The position numbers were made by a program, and so were the translations under genes. Of a stretch of 64,000 nucleotides of DNA, positions 1 through 9,833 are shown in pieces. Numbering within the stretch: the stretch's first letter is position 1; every line of letters begins with the position of its first letter. The notes under the pieces are model-generated. The model ran no database searches and was not told where the DNA came from. It worked only from the letters and a program-made list of their open reading frames with translations. Source of the DNA: an uncultured Acidobacteriota bacterium (GTDB lineage: Bacteria; Acidobacteriota; Terriglobia; Terriglobales; Acidobacteriaceae); NCBI GenBank assembly GCA_963817835.1, contig CAWFPZ010000019.1, positions 37,283 to 101,282 on the forward strand, written 5' to 3'.

Positions 1-59
1 CCGCCATCAAGCAGCTCAACGATCTCGGCGTGGTTGTGGAAGAGTGGCCTGCGCGCTGA
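1..59 (+). CDS. 3' end of a gene truncated by the window edge (…AIKQLNDLGVVVEEWPAR*)
   Basis: Open frame 3..59 ending in TGA, with GC-rich codon style; too short to assign a family. Confidence 0.45.
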   Translation, partial: AIKQLNDLGVVVEEWPAR

Positions 60-96
60 CGCGCAGCGCTCCCCATGCAAGAAACAATCGGCGGTC

Positions 97-1899
97 TCAG
101 CGGGAAATGGATGCTGGCAGTCGCACGGGATAAATCCAATTCGTGTGCGGCGCGATCCAGGTGCGATATTCGGCCGGCGGGAAAGCGATCTTCCCTCCGC
201 ACGTTCCCTGCTCGATGAATGTGGCAAAAACGGGTTTGATGGCTGGCGTCCAGGTCATAAAGTAGAGTGACCACTGATCCAGAAAAGCCGCGGACGGCGG
301 CTTGCAATCTTCCAGGAAGGAGTCCCCGGTCCGCGGCACATAGGCGCCTGCGGGAACACGAATCCTGGGATCGTTAACGTATCCAGTTTTATCTATCTCG
401 ATCCACGCATCGAACTCCGCCGGCCCAAGAATGGTGTTTACAGGCGCTCCGCTCGACCGGATTTCGTCGATGGCAGTCAGATAGCCGCGATACAGGGCAA
501 ACTCGTCGTGCGTGGCCGCGACACTGAAAGCGCCGAAGAGGATGATGAGGAGAACGCATGTCCAGGGCAGCTTGGCTTGCACCCGTTCCTGGTAACAACG
601 GGCCAATACCAGAAAAAGGATCATGAGCAACGGAAGGAGATATCGATCGGAGAATCCGAACGGCTGCCTGATCTGTGTCAAAAGGACGACGGTAGCCGCG
701 CTAAAGGGGCCGGCGATGATCCAGATTTGCCGCCATGAACTCGCAGCCGTCGCCGGATTCGAAGCGAGCGGCCCACGCGCATGAGCGAAAAGGCACGCGA
801 CAAGGCTCAGAGTTCCGAGCACGATCGCAACAGTAAGCAATATGCGAAGGCCGTTACGCTCAATCGCGAGGTGACCTCCCCAGGCCGCAATGGCGCTCAG
901 TCTTGCGAATGCGGAATCGGTGGCGTCATTCCCCATAAACGGAGCCAGCCAAAAGTGCAGCCTGCCGGAGCGAATCAGTACAACTCCGGGAATGGCGAAA
1001 CAGAAAATTCCGGCTGCGAAGACAGCGCTCGCCCGGCGATTCCACGAGCGAAAAGATCCAGCAAACATCATTAGCACCGGCAATGCCAATAGAGCCAGTT
1101 GTCCTGCGATTCGCAAGTAGAATCCCCCAAGAAATCTCAGGGGTCCCGCAAGAATACCATCGGCGAAAGGAGACACCGAAATGGAATACGGCTGCCGGGC
1201 AAACCAATGCATTGCGGCCACCACAAAGACGGCTCCAGCGATGCAGGAAATGCTCCCAACCACAAGCACGCGCCGGCTCTTCCTGAGCAGCCACAGCGTG
1301 CAGGGAACCATCACCAGCACGCCAAGCCAGGCAATTTGCCGCGCCGTTCCCCCCGACGCGTTTACCAGCGCAGCCAGGCTGATCCAGACCATGGCGGAGC
1401 GCTCACTTCCGGCCTGCACGGCGCGCAGGCACATGTAGAAGCAGGCCACAATGCACAAAACGCCCGAAATATCGGTCATGAATGTAAACGCCAGGGGAAG
1501 ATAGAGCGGCGAAAGCACAAAGGCCATCGTCGCCAACGTTGCATTCCAGGCGTTCAGCCCGGCCCGGACGAAGGTGCGCTGCAGCAAGTAAGCCGTCGCC
1601 ATGGCCTCGAGCACCGTGCTGAAGCGGACCGCCGTGAAGGAAAACCCGAAGAGCTTGACCAACAAGGCTGCGAAGAAGACCTGCCAGCCCAGCATGGGCG
1701 TCGCCCACCCGTTATAGACAATGTGGCCGGTTTGGGCCAGCACCTGGGCCGATTTGATAAAGGACCAGTCGTCGCTAATGCCGATCTCTGCGTACGGCCG
1801 AATCACGAAATAGCAGAGAAGCAGAGTCGTCGCGCAAGCCATCGCCGGCAGGTAGTTCTTCACCGTCGCTCGCAAGGTCGCGTCCTCCCTCGATCTCAA
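97..1899 (-). CDS. Polytopic membrane glycosyltransferase (GT-C / ArnT-PMT-like, family 39-like)
   Basis: 600-aa ORF with many TM segments and an N-terminal luminal ISDDWSF acidic motif typical of GT-C enzymes; the true start may be the ATG at 1842. Confidence 0.7.
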   Translation of the reverse strand: MRSREDATLRATVKNYLPAMACATTLLLCYFVIRPYAEIGISDDWSFIKSAQVLAQTGHIVYNGWATPMLGWQVFFAALLVKLFGFSFTAVRFSTVLEAMATAYLLQRTFVRAGLNAWNATLATMAFVLSPLYLPLAFTFMTDISGVLCIVACFYMCLRAVQAGSERSAMVWISLAALVNASGGTARQIAWLGVLVMVPCTLWLLRKSRRVLVVGSISCIAGAVFVVAAMHWFARQPYSISVSPFADGILAGPLRFLGGFYLRIAGQLALLALPVLMMFAGSFRSWNRRASAVFAAGIFCFAIPGVVLIRSGRLHFWLAPFMGNDATDSAFARLSAIAAWGGHLAIERNGLRILLTVAIVLGTLSLVACLFAHARGPLASNPATAASSWRQIWIIAGPFSAATVVLLTQIRQPFGFSDRYLLPLLMILFLVLARCYQERVQAKLPWTCVLLIILFGAFSVAATHDEFALYRGYLTAIDEIRSSGAPVNTILGPAEFDAWIEIDKTGYVNDPRIRVPAGAYVPRTGDSFLEDCKPPSAAFLDQWSLYFMTWTPAIKPVFATFIEQGTCGGKIAFPPAEYRTWIAPHTNWIYPVRLPASISR

Positions 1900-2030
1900 G
1901 CCTCAGCCCTCATCCCCGCCGGCACGCCGCAGCATAGAAACCTCAAGTCTAGCGCAAACCACGGGACAGGCCGACCTTCACTCCGCGATGCTCTGCGCGC
2001 AAAGCCTCGTCAACGCGCTACCATTCCAGC

Positions 2031-5000
2031 GTGAGCACTTCTTCATTTTCCATCCTCTCCAACCCCGCTCCGCTCGACCATGAGCGTTTCTCTGCGCATC
2101 GCGAACTGGAAGATCTTCTAAAAAAATCTCTGCGTGGCCCAAATTCCTCCGATCTTGTTCGCTTCGATCTCGGCTCGCGTGCTCTCTATGCCGCCGATGC
2201 TTCGAATTATCGCCAGCTGCCCATCGGCGTGGTTTTCCCGCGCGACGCCGCCGACGTTGAGGCTGCGCTGGCGGCTTGCCGCGCTACGGGTGCTGCCGTG
2301 CTGCCCCGCGGCGCAGGCACCAGTCTTGCCGGCCAGTGCGTCAACGTCGCCGTGGTCTTCGACTATTCCCGCTTCATGAATTCACTGGAGGAGCTGGACC
2401 CCGCGCAGCGGATTGCGCGCGTCCAGCCCGGCATCGTGCTCGACCGCCTGCGCGACGCCGCTGAGCTTCATCACCTCACCTACGCACCCGACCCCGCCAC
2501 GCATTCCCGCTGCACGCTCGGCGGCATCGTCGGCAACAATAGTTGCGGCGTCCACGGCCTGCTGGGCGGCAAAGCCGTCGACAATGTGGAATCGCTCGAC
2601 ATCGTTCTCTACGACGGCACCAGGATGACGGTGGGCGCAACGCCGCAAGAGCAATTGGACGCGCTCGTCCGCTCCGGCGGCCGCGTGGGCCAAATCTACG
2701 CAGGCCTTGCGCGCATTCGTGATCGCTACGCCGTCCTGGTGCGCGAAAAGTTTCCGCGCATTCCCCGCCGCGTCTCCGGCTACAACCTCGACGAGTTGCT
2801 GCCCGAAAATAATTTCCACGTGGCCCGCGCGCTGGTGGGCTCTGAAGGCACGTGCGCCAACATCGTCTCCGCCACGCTCAATCTCATTGCCAGCCCGCCC
2901 TTCCGCGTGCTCACGGTGCTCGGCTTCAGCGATGCCTTTCTCGCCGCCGATGCCGTCCCCCTCGCCCTCGACCACAAGCCCATCGGTCTTGAAGGCTTCG
3001 ATTATCTGCTCGTCGATTTCATGCGCCGCAAAGGTCTCGCGCTGCGCGATCTCGACCGTTTACCGGACGGAGTTGGTTTTCTGCTGGTCGAAATGGGCGC
3101 GTGGTCCCAGGAAGAAGCGCTGGCCAAGGCCGAAGCCATCGCCCGCGCCTCGCAAGCCTGGCCCTCCCCGCCGGTGGCGCACATCTGCACGCCGGAGGAA
3201 GCGGCTTCCGTGTGGCACGTGCGCGAGTCCGCTCTCGGCGCCATGGTTTTCGTGCCCGGCGAGCCCGATCGCTTCGAGGGCTGGGAAGATGCCGCCGTGC
3301 CGCCCGCACAGCTCGGCAACTATCTGCGCGCCATCACCAAGCTCATGGCCGAGTACGGCTTCCGCAGCCCGCTCTACGGACACTACGGCCAGGGCTGCGT
3401 GCACACCCGGATAAACTTCGACTTCTCTACTCCAAAGGGCATAAAAAAATTTCGCGAGTTCATCGATCGCGCCGCCGACATGGTGCTCTCCTTCGGCGGA
3501 TCGCTCTCGGGCGAGCACGGCGACGGCCAGGCGCGCGCGGCCCTGTTGCCCAAAATGTTCGGAGCCGAGCTCATCGAGGCCTTCCGCGAATTCAAGAGTC
3601 TCTGGGATCCGGACAATCGTATGAATCCCGGCAAGCTCTCTGACGCAGTGCGTGTCTACGACCCCACAGAAAATCTCCGCCACGCTTCAGAAATGCACAC
3701 GAATCTCGTCCAAGGGGCTGCCCCACCGCAGGTGGTGAGGACCGGGGAAACTCACTTCGCCTTCGCAAAAGACAACGGCTCCCTCGCGCGCGCGACCGAG
3801 CGCTGCGTCGGCGTCGGCTCCTGCCGCAACACCGTGGGCGGCGTCATGTGCCCCAGCTACCGCGCCACCGGCGAGGAGCAGCACTCCACCCGCGGCCGCG
3901 CGCACCTGCTGTGGGAAATGCTCTCCGGCGCACTGCGCGAAGAAGGCTTCCAGAGCCGCGCCGTCCACGAGGCCCTCGATCTCTGTCTCAGTTGCAAGGC
4001 CTGCAAATCCGAGTGCCCAGTGCAAGTGGACATGGCCGCCTACAAATCCGAATTTCTCGCGCAGCGCTACAAAGGCCGCCTGCACCCGCTGCACCAATAC
4101 ATCTTCGGCTTTGCCGACCAACTCGCCCGCTACGGCTCACTGGCGCCGGCGCTGACGAACGCAATTCTCACCGGCCCGCTAACCAGCCCACTCATCAAGC
4201 GCATCGCCGGAGTCGCCCGCGAGCGCCAATTGCCCCGTCTCGCACCGAAAACCTTCCAGCAATCGCGCCGCCCTTCCGCGAATCTGGGTGCCCCGGGTCC
4301 CTCGCACTTGGGGACCCGGGAAGCGACGAGCAGCGATCTCCCACAATCAGTCCTCCTCTGGCCCGACACCTGGAACAACTACTACCATCCACAATCCCTC
4401 CAGGCCGCGGAAACCGTCCTAAGCCGCGCCGGCTTCCGCGTGGAAACGCCCAGCGGGCACATCTGCTGCGGCCGTCCGCTCTACGACTTCGGCCTGCTCT
4501 CAGCGGCCCGGTCCTATCTCGCGCAGGTTCTCCGCCGCATGACTCCGCAGATCGATGCCGGCATGCCCTTTATCTTTCTCGAGCCCAGTTGCGCCAGCGT
4601 CTTCAAGGACGAGCTCCTCGAACTCTTCCCCAACGATCCCCGCGCCCAGCGCCTGAGCGAGCAGGTCTGGCTGCTTGCCGACTTTCTTGCCGCTCGCGCC
4701 CCCGGCTTTATCCCAGGTCGTCTTGACGGCGCGCACATTCTCATCCACGGCCACTGCCATCACAAGGCGGTCTTCGGTGGCCCGGGCAGCGAAATCGCGC
4801 TTCTCCGCGAGGCCGGCGCCGCGGTCGAACTCATCCAGGCCGGTTGCTGCGGCATGGCCGGCCCCTTCGGCTTTGAGGCCGATAAATTCGAAGTCTCGAA
4901 GACCATCGCCAACCAGGGTCTGCTCCCGGCCGTTCAATCCGCGGAACCGACCACGATTGTGGTTGCCGACGGCTTCAGTTGCCGCGAGCAGATCGACCAG

Positions 5001-5066
5001 TTGGCTCACGTCAAAGCGCTCCACTTTGCTGAGCTTCTGGCGCACACCTGCCGCTGCGGCGGATGA
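2031..5066 (+). CDS. FAD-binding and Fe-S oxidoreductase (YdiJ/GlcD-GlcF fusion type)
   Basis: PRGAGTSLAGQ FAD motif, SGEHGDGQAR, CVGVGSCR and CLSCKACKSEC ferredoxin motifs, and C-terminal CCG domains (HGHCH, GCCGMAG, GFSCREQI). Confidence 0.9.
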   Translation: MSTSSFSILSNPAPLDHERFSAHRELEDLLKKSLRGPNSSDLVRFDLGSRALYAADASNYRQLPIGVVFPRDAADVEAALAACRATGAAVLPRGAGTSLAGQCVNVAVVFDYSRFMNSLEELDPAQRIARVQPGIVLDRLRDAAELHHLTYAPDPATHSRCTLGGIVGNNSCGVHGLLGGKAVDNVESLDIVLYDGTRMTVGATPQEQLDALVRSGGRVGQIYAGLARIRDRYAVLVREKFPRIPRRVSGYNLDELLPENNFHVARALVGSEGTCANIVSATLNLIASPPFRVLTVLGFSDAFLAADAVPLALDHKPIGLEGFDYLLVDFMRRKGLALRDLDRLPDGVGFLLVEMGAWSQEEALAKAEAIARASQAWPSPPVAHICTPEEAASVWHVRESALGAMVFVPGEPDRFEGWEDAAVPPAQLGNYLRAITKLMAEYGFRSPLYGHYGQGCVHTRINFDFSTPKGIKKFREFIDRAADMVLSFGGSLSGEHGDGQARAALLPKMFGAELIEAFREFKSLWDPDNRMNPGKLSDAVRVYDPTENLRHASEMHTNLVQGAAPPQVVRTGETHFAFAKDNGSLARATERCVGVGSCRNTVGGVMCPSYRATGEEQHSTRGRAHLLWEMLSGALREEGFQSRAVHEALDLCLSCKACKSECPVQVDMAAYKSEFLAQRYKGRLHPLHQYIFGFADQLARYGSLAPALTNAILTGPLTSPLIKRIAGVARERQLPRLAPKTFQQSRRPSANLGAPGPSHLGTREATSSDLPQSVLLWPDTWNNYYHPQSLQAAETVLSRAGFRVETPSGHICCGRPLYDFGLLSAARSYLAQVLRRMTPQIDAGMPFIFLEPSCASVFKDELLELFPNDPRAQRLSEQVWLLADFLAARAPGFIPGRLDGAHILIHGHCHHKAVFGGPGSEIALLREAGAAVELIQAGCCGMAGPFGFEADKFEVSKTIANQGLLPAVQSAEPTTIVVADGFSCREQIDQLAHVKALHFAELLAHTCRCGG
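4286..4329 (+). repeat. REP-like GGGTGCCCC-hairpin element inside the oxidoreductase CDS
   Basis: GGGTGCCCCGGGTCCC-TCGCACTTG-GGGACCCGGGAAGCGAC, with a perfect 10-bp stem; same architecture as the intergenic copies. Confidence 0.7.
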
Positions 5067-5260
5067 ATCCGGCCTGCGCACACGGCCACCCGCCCATCGC
5101 TTCTCTCAATCCGCGCATCCAAAGGCTGGAGTCCATGTGCAGGCACGTCCTGCCCGGCCGGAAATGGACAACCCGCACGATGCCGGTCGTTTGCGGTAGA
5201 CTTGGACTGTTTGGTACCCTCAGGCATCCTTTGTACGGTAGCGAAAGGAGAAATTTCCTC

Positions 5261-5689
5261 ATGGCAGACGAAAATAAATCCTACGGAGTGGCGTGGTTCC
5301 TCGCCGGATTGGGCGTGGGCGCGCTGGTGGGCATTCTTTACGCCCCCAAGAGCGGCCGCGAAACTCGCGAGGACATCGCGCAGGGCGCCCGCGAGGGCAC
5401 CGAGTATCTACGCGTCCGCACGCGCGAGGCTGCGGAGAACGTCAGCGCAATGGTCGACAAGGGCAAAGAACATGTGAGCGCCTTCGTCGACAAGGGCAAG
5501 GAGCAGGTGAGCGAATACGTCGATCGCGGCCGTGACGCCGTCGATCGTGGTCGCGCGCAGTGGGAAGAATTTGTGGAGCGGGGCAAGAATCTTGTCTCCG
5601 ATCAGACGTCGCGGGTAAGCGCCGCCGTTGAAGCGGGCCGCGAGGCGTACCACGCGTCCACCACCGAATCCGAGAGTCACGAGGGCTGA
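5261..5689 (+). CDS. YtxH domain-containing (general stress / gas vesicle-like) protein
   Basis: RBS AAGGAG at 5245-5250; MADENKSYGVAWFLAGLGVGALVGILYAPKSGRETRE is the YtxH signature. Confidence 0.85.
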   Translation: MADENKSYGVAWFLAGLGVGALVGILYAPKSGRETREDIAQGAREGTEYLRVRTREAAENVSAMVDKGKEHVSAFVDKGKEQVSEYVDRGRDAVDRGRAQWEEFVERGKNLVSDQTSRVSAAVEAGREAYHASTTESESHEG

Positions 5690-5871
5690 GAGCGGGCGGT
5701 TCCGGGTCCTTCCCGGCAAACCGCGGCCGCACCATTTCTTCCGGCGCACGGCGCGAGAGCAGGATCCACAAGCTCCTGCGCCGGCTCTGGATACAACGCC
5801 GCTTCTTCCCCCAGGAGCGTGCTTGACAGTTTTTGTTTCAAGCCGCAGAACTCCTGCGCGAGGGCAACGCC

Positions 5872-6399
5872 ATGCCAAATCTCGATAACCAGACCGTTCA
5901 GCTCGCCATGGTCGCCGCGGTGGCGCTGGCCATGCTGGTTCAGGCCATCGTTCTCCTTGCCGCATTCGTTGTCCTGCGCAAACTGGCCAAGAATATTCGC
6001 GATCAGGTCGAAGACATTCGCTCCTCGATCATGCCGATCATTGACCAGACCCGCGACCTCGTCACGCGACTCGCGCCCAAGATTGAATCCACCACGTCCG
6101 ATCTCGCCGTGCTCACGCGCGCCCTGCGCGATCAGACCGCCGACGTGCAAGCGGCGGCCGACGAAATCATTGCGCGCGCCCAGCGTCAAGCCGGCCGCAT
6201 CGACAGCATGCTTTCGAGTGTCCTCGACGCTGTGGACCGCGCCAGTGCCTTTATGGCCGACACCGTGGCCAAGCCCATGCGCCAGCTCTCAGCGTTCCTT
6301 GCTTCCGCAAAAGCTGTCGTCGAATCGCTGCGCAGCACGGACGCCGCGCCGCGCGCAGAGGCGAGTCGCAGGACCAGCGACAACGACATGTTCGTGTAG
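5872..6399 (+). CDS. DUF948-like membrane-anchored coiled-coil protein
   Basis: N-terminal TM helix followed by amphipathic helical repeats; often found next to YtxH genes. Confidence 0.6.
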   Translation: MPNLDNQTVQLAMVAAVALAMLVQAIVLLAAFVVLRKLAKNIRDQVEDIRSSIMPIIDQTRDLVTRLAPKIESTTSDLAVLTRALRDQTADVQAAADEIIARAQRQAGRIDSMLSSVLDAVDRASAFMADTVAKPMRQLSAFLASAKAVVESLRSTDAAPRAEASRRTSDNDMFV

Positions 6400-6434
6400 A
6401 GCATTCTCACTGCCAGTCTCAGCGAATAACCTTA

Positions 6435-6474
6435 GGGTGCCCCAGGTCTCGGTTTTGAGACCTGGGATAGCACA
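6435..6474 (+). repeat. REP-like GGGTGCCCC-hairpin element
   Basis: GGGTGCCCCAGGTCTC-GGTTTT-GAGACCTGGGATAGCAC, perfect 10-bp stem. Confidence 0.8.
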
Positions 6475-6534
6475 AATGCTGGACAAGCCGTTTCCTGAGC
6501 GCTCTAAGGTGATACGGCTGCACAAGGTCTCAGA

Positions 6535-7146
6535 ATGCGCACCCTCGATCCCGCCCAAATCGCGCCCAGCGACACCTACAAGCTCATGATCGGCATGATC
6601 GTGCCGCGGCCCATCGCTTTCGTCTCCACTATCGATGCTGCCGGCATTCTGAATCTCGCGCCATTCAGTTACTTCACCGCGTGCAGCTCTAATCCTCCCG
6701 TGGTCTGCTTCTGCGCCGCCGTCCGCGCCGGCCCGCGCCCTTACAAGGACACGTTGCGCAACATCGAAGCCACGAGTGAATTTGTCGTCAACATCGTTTC
6801 AGAAGAATTTGCCGAGCAGATGAACCTCTGCTCCGCCGATGTACCGCCCGAAGTGGACGAATTCGAGCTTTCAGGGCTGACACCGCTGGCGAGCGACCTG
6901 GTAAAGCCGCCGCGCGTGGCTGAAAGCAAGGTGCAGATGGAGTGCCGCCTGCATCAGATCGTCCGCGTCAGCGATCAGCCCGGCGGTGGCATCCTGGTGC
7001 TGGGCGAGGTTCTGCGCTTCCACGTGCTCGAATCGCTTCTTGACGGCTACAAGGTCGATCCCGACCGGCTCAACGCCATCGGCCGCATGGGCGGCCCGGC
7101 GTACGTGCGAACCCGCGACCGCTTCGAGATGCAGCGGCCAAAATAG
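6535..7146 (+). CDS. Flavin reductase family protein (DIM6/NTAB)
   Basis: IVPRPIAFVST, NLAPFSYF, KDTLRNI…EFVVNIV and IGRMGGPAY motifs. Confidence 0.9.
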   Translation: MRTLDPAQIAPSDTYKLMIGMIVPRPIAFVSTIDAAGILNLAPFSYFTACSSNPPVVCFCAAVRAGPRPYKDTLRNIEATSEFVVNIVSEEFAEQMNLCSADVPPEVDEFELSGLTPLASDLVKPPRVAESKVQMECRLHQIVRVSDQPGGGILVLGEVLRFHVLESLLDGYKVDPDRLNAIGRMGGPAYVRTRDRFEMQRPK

Positions 7147-7243
7147 CAGCGGCTCTCTCAAATGTTTGCGCGAATTTCGAACGGGTCCAATTGTTTTGTC
7201 CGCTTTCCCATCGCCCTGTCACCCTGAGCAATAAAAAATAGGA

Positions 7244-7296
7244 TGTCATCCTGAGCGAGACCCGGCACGCCGGGACGAGTCGAAGGACCTGCATTT
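7244..7296. repeat. GTCATCCTGAGCG…AGTCGAAGGACC palindromic repeat family, copy between convergent genes
   Basis: Conserved ends flank the hairpin CCCGGC-AC-GCCGGG; related copies at 29827 and 54409. Confidence 0.75.
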
Positions 7297-7333
7297 GCTC
7301 TTCAATGAACCTCGGACTCGCCACACCAGCGAA

Positions 7334-8449
7334 TCAGAAAATCCAGCCGCCGCCAACCACTTCGTCGCCGTCGTAGAACACCGCTGACTGTCCCGGCGTC
7401 ACGGCGCGCTGCGGCTCGTCAAAGGTGGCCAGAATCTCGCCCGGCCCCGCTGGCTCGAGCGTCGCCCAAGCCGGCTCATGCCGGTGCCGGATTTTGGCCC
7501 GCACCCGCATCGGTCCCGTTAGCTCGGCAATGCTGATCCAGTTCAGCCGCCGCGCGCGCAACGTTCGCGTCGCGAGTTCGGCATCCGCGCCCACCGTCAC
7601 GCGGTGGCTCGCCGGATCGATTTGCAGCACATAAAGCGGCGACGGCGACGACACGCCCAGGCCCTTGCGCTGGCCCACGGTAAAGTTCGAAATTCCCTCG
7701 TGCTTCCCGATCACTTCGCCGCTCGCGGCTACCAACTCGCCCGCCGTCTCCGGCATGCGCTCGCCCTGCTCCTCGAGATACGCCGTCAAAAACTGCTTGT
7801 AATCGCCTCCGGGAATGAAGCAGATCTCCTGCGAGTCGGGCTTTTCCGCCAGCCGCAATCCATGCTGACGCGCCACTTCGCGCACCTCCGGCTTGGTCAT
7901 GTGCCCCAGCGGAAACAGCGTCCGCGACAACTGCTCCTGCGTAAGCCCGAAGAGAAAATACGTCTGATCCTTCGCCAGGTCTGCCGGCCGCTTCAAAATC
8001 CAGCGCCCGCGCTTTTCGTCGTATTCATTCACCGCATAATGGCCGGTGGCAATGTACTCCGCGCCAATGCTGCGCGCCGTCTTCAGCAGCTGATCGAACT
8101 TGATGTGGTTGTTGCAGAGTGAGCAGGGAATCGGCGTGCGTCCCGCGAGATACTCGTCAACAAAAGGGCGCACCACATCACGTTCGAACCGTTCTTCCTG
8201 ATTGACGACATAATACGGAATCCCCAGGTCCTCGGCCACGCGCCGCGCGTCATACACATCATCAATCGAACAGCAGCGGCCCGCCTTCGGAGCATCGGGA
8301 ATGCCATGCTTACCCGCCAACCGCGTCTGATCCCAAAGATGCAGTGTCAGCCCGACTGCGTTCACCCCCGAATGCGCGAGGATCGCCGCCGCCGTCGAGG
8401 AGTCAACCCCTCCGGACATGGCTACCGCGATAGTTGTCTGCTGTTCCAT
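7334..8449 (-). CDS. mnmA: tRNA 2-thiouridine(34) synthase MnmA
   Basis: AMSGGVDSS PP-loop, TPIPCSLCNNHIKF, ATGHY, KDQTYFL, KPDSQEIC and QRAVTPGQ; start placed at MEQQTTIAV. Confidence 0.97.
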   Translation of the reverse strand: MEQQTTIAVAMSGGVDSSTAAAILAHSGVNAVGLTLHLWDQTRLAGKHGIPDAPKAGRCCSIDDVYDARRVAEDLGIPYYVVNQEERFERDVVRPFVDEYLAGRTPIPCSLCNNHIKFDQLLKTARSIGAEYIATGHYAVNEYDEKRGRWILKRPADLAKDQTYFLFGLTQEQLSRTLFPLGHMTKPEVREVARQHGLRLAEKPDSQEICFIPGGDYKQFLTAYLEEQGERMPETAGELVAASGEVIGKHEGISNFTVGQRKGLGVSSPSPLYVLQIDPASHRVTVGADAELATRTLRARRLNWISIAELTGPMRVRAKIRHRHEPAWATLEPAGPGEILATFDEPQRAVTPGQSAVFYDGDEVVGGGWIF

Positions 8450-8465
8450 CTGTTCGAAAACTTTC

Positions 8466-9644
8466 CTATCCAAGAGTTCCTGCAACTTCCGGGGCCAGCG
8501 CTCGCAAATGTTCCACGGCCTGCGGAACCACGCGCAGCACCTGATCCACATCCTCTTCCGTCGCCGTCCTCAGCAAACTGAACCGCAAACTTGCCCGCGC
8601 CGCATGCTTGTCCAATCCCATCGCCATCAGCACGTGGCTGGGTTCGGTCGAGCCGGAGTGGCACGCCGATCCGCCGCTCACTGCCACGCCCTTCAGGTCC
8701 AGCGCGATCACCAGCGCCTCACCCTCCACCGGATCAAAGTGGATGTTCGTGGTATTCGCCACACGTGGTGCGCCGGCGCCGTTCACGCCCGTGCCCGCAA
8801 TCCGCAAAACTCCCGCTTCGAGCCGGTCGCGCAACCCTGCAATGCGCTCCACGGTTCCATCCCCCAGGCTTTCCATGGCCAGTTCCGCGGCCTTGCCCAG
8901 TCCCACGATGCCCGGCACATTCTCCGTGCCCGCGCGCTGCCGGCGCTCGTGGCTCCCGCCCACAATCAGCGGTTCCAGCGGCGTCCCGCGCCGCACATAC
9001 ATCGCGCCCACGCCCTTCGGCCCGTGCATCTTGTGGGCGCTCATCGAGCACAGATGGCACCCGAACCGCCGCACGTCGAACTCCACCTTCCCCGCGCCCT
9101 GCACAGCATCGATGTGGAAAAACGCACCCGCCTCCGCGGCAACCTTGCCGATCTCTTCTACGGGTTGCAGAACCCCCGTCTCGTTGTTCGCCAGCATCAC
9201 ACTGACCAAGGTCCTTCGAGAATCGCCGAGCCGCGTCGCAGGCCGCAATGCCTTGCGAATCTCTTCAGGTTCGATCAATCCATCTGCGCGAGGCGCAATG
9301 AACGTCACCTCCGCGCCGCGCTCTGCCACACGCTCTGCCGCACGCAACACCGCCGAGTGCTCAATCGCCGTCGTAATCAGGTGGTCGCCCGCACGCACCA
9401 GTCCGAAGATCGCCGTGTTGTCCCCCTCGGTCCCGCCTGAGTTGAACACCACTTCCGCCTCACGGCAATGGAAAAACGTGGCCAGCGTCTCGCGCGCCCC
9501 GTCCACCGCCTTCCGCGCCCGCTGCCCCTGCAAATGGATCGACGACGCATTCCCGAAATCCTCCATCAGATACGGGCGCATCGCCTCCATCACCTCTGGC
9601 AGCAGAGGCGTGGTGGCATTGGCATCGCAATACACACGGCGCAT
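8466..9644 (-). CDS. iscS: Cysteine desulfurase (IscS/NifS family)
   Basis: YCDANATTP, GNASSIH, SGGTE, SAHKMHGPKG (PLP lysine) and SGGSACHSG (catalytic Cys); sits directly upstream of mnmA. Confidence 0.93.
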   Translation of the reverse strand: MRRVYCDANATTPLLPEVMEAMRPYLMEDFGNASSIHLQGQRARKAVDGARETLATFFHCREAEVVFNSGGTEGDNTAIFGLVRAGDHLITTAIEHSAVLRAAERVAERGAEVTFIAPRADGLIEPEEIRKALRPATRLGDSRRTLVSVMLANNETGVLQPVEEIGKVAAEAGAFFHIDAVQGAGKVEFDVRRFGCHLCSMSAHKMHGPKGVGAMYVRRGTPLEPLIVGGSHERRQRAGTENVPGIVGLGKAAELAMESLGDGTVERIAGLRDRLEAGVLRIAGTGVNGAGAPRVANTTNIHFDPVEGEALVIALDLKGVAVSGGSACHSGSTEPSHVLMAMGLDKHAARASLRFSLLRTATEEDVDQVLRVVPQAVEHLRALAPEVAGTLG

Positions 9645-9833
9645 TGGGGAAGACTCCTGCCTAAATTGTACGGGGAATCGCGATTCCAGGCGAACCCGCG
9701 TACCGCCGGTCTCCTCACCGGCTGTAGTGCGGGCGTCCACGCCCGCACCTGTCCAAGGATCGTTTCGAAATCATGCGGTCAGGACATTTAGAATGCCAGC
9801 AGCACACTCCCACGTCCTTCGGAGCTCGCCCGC

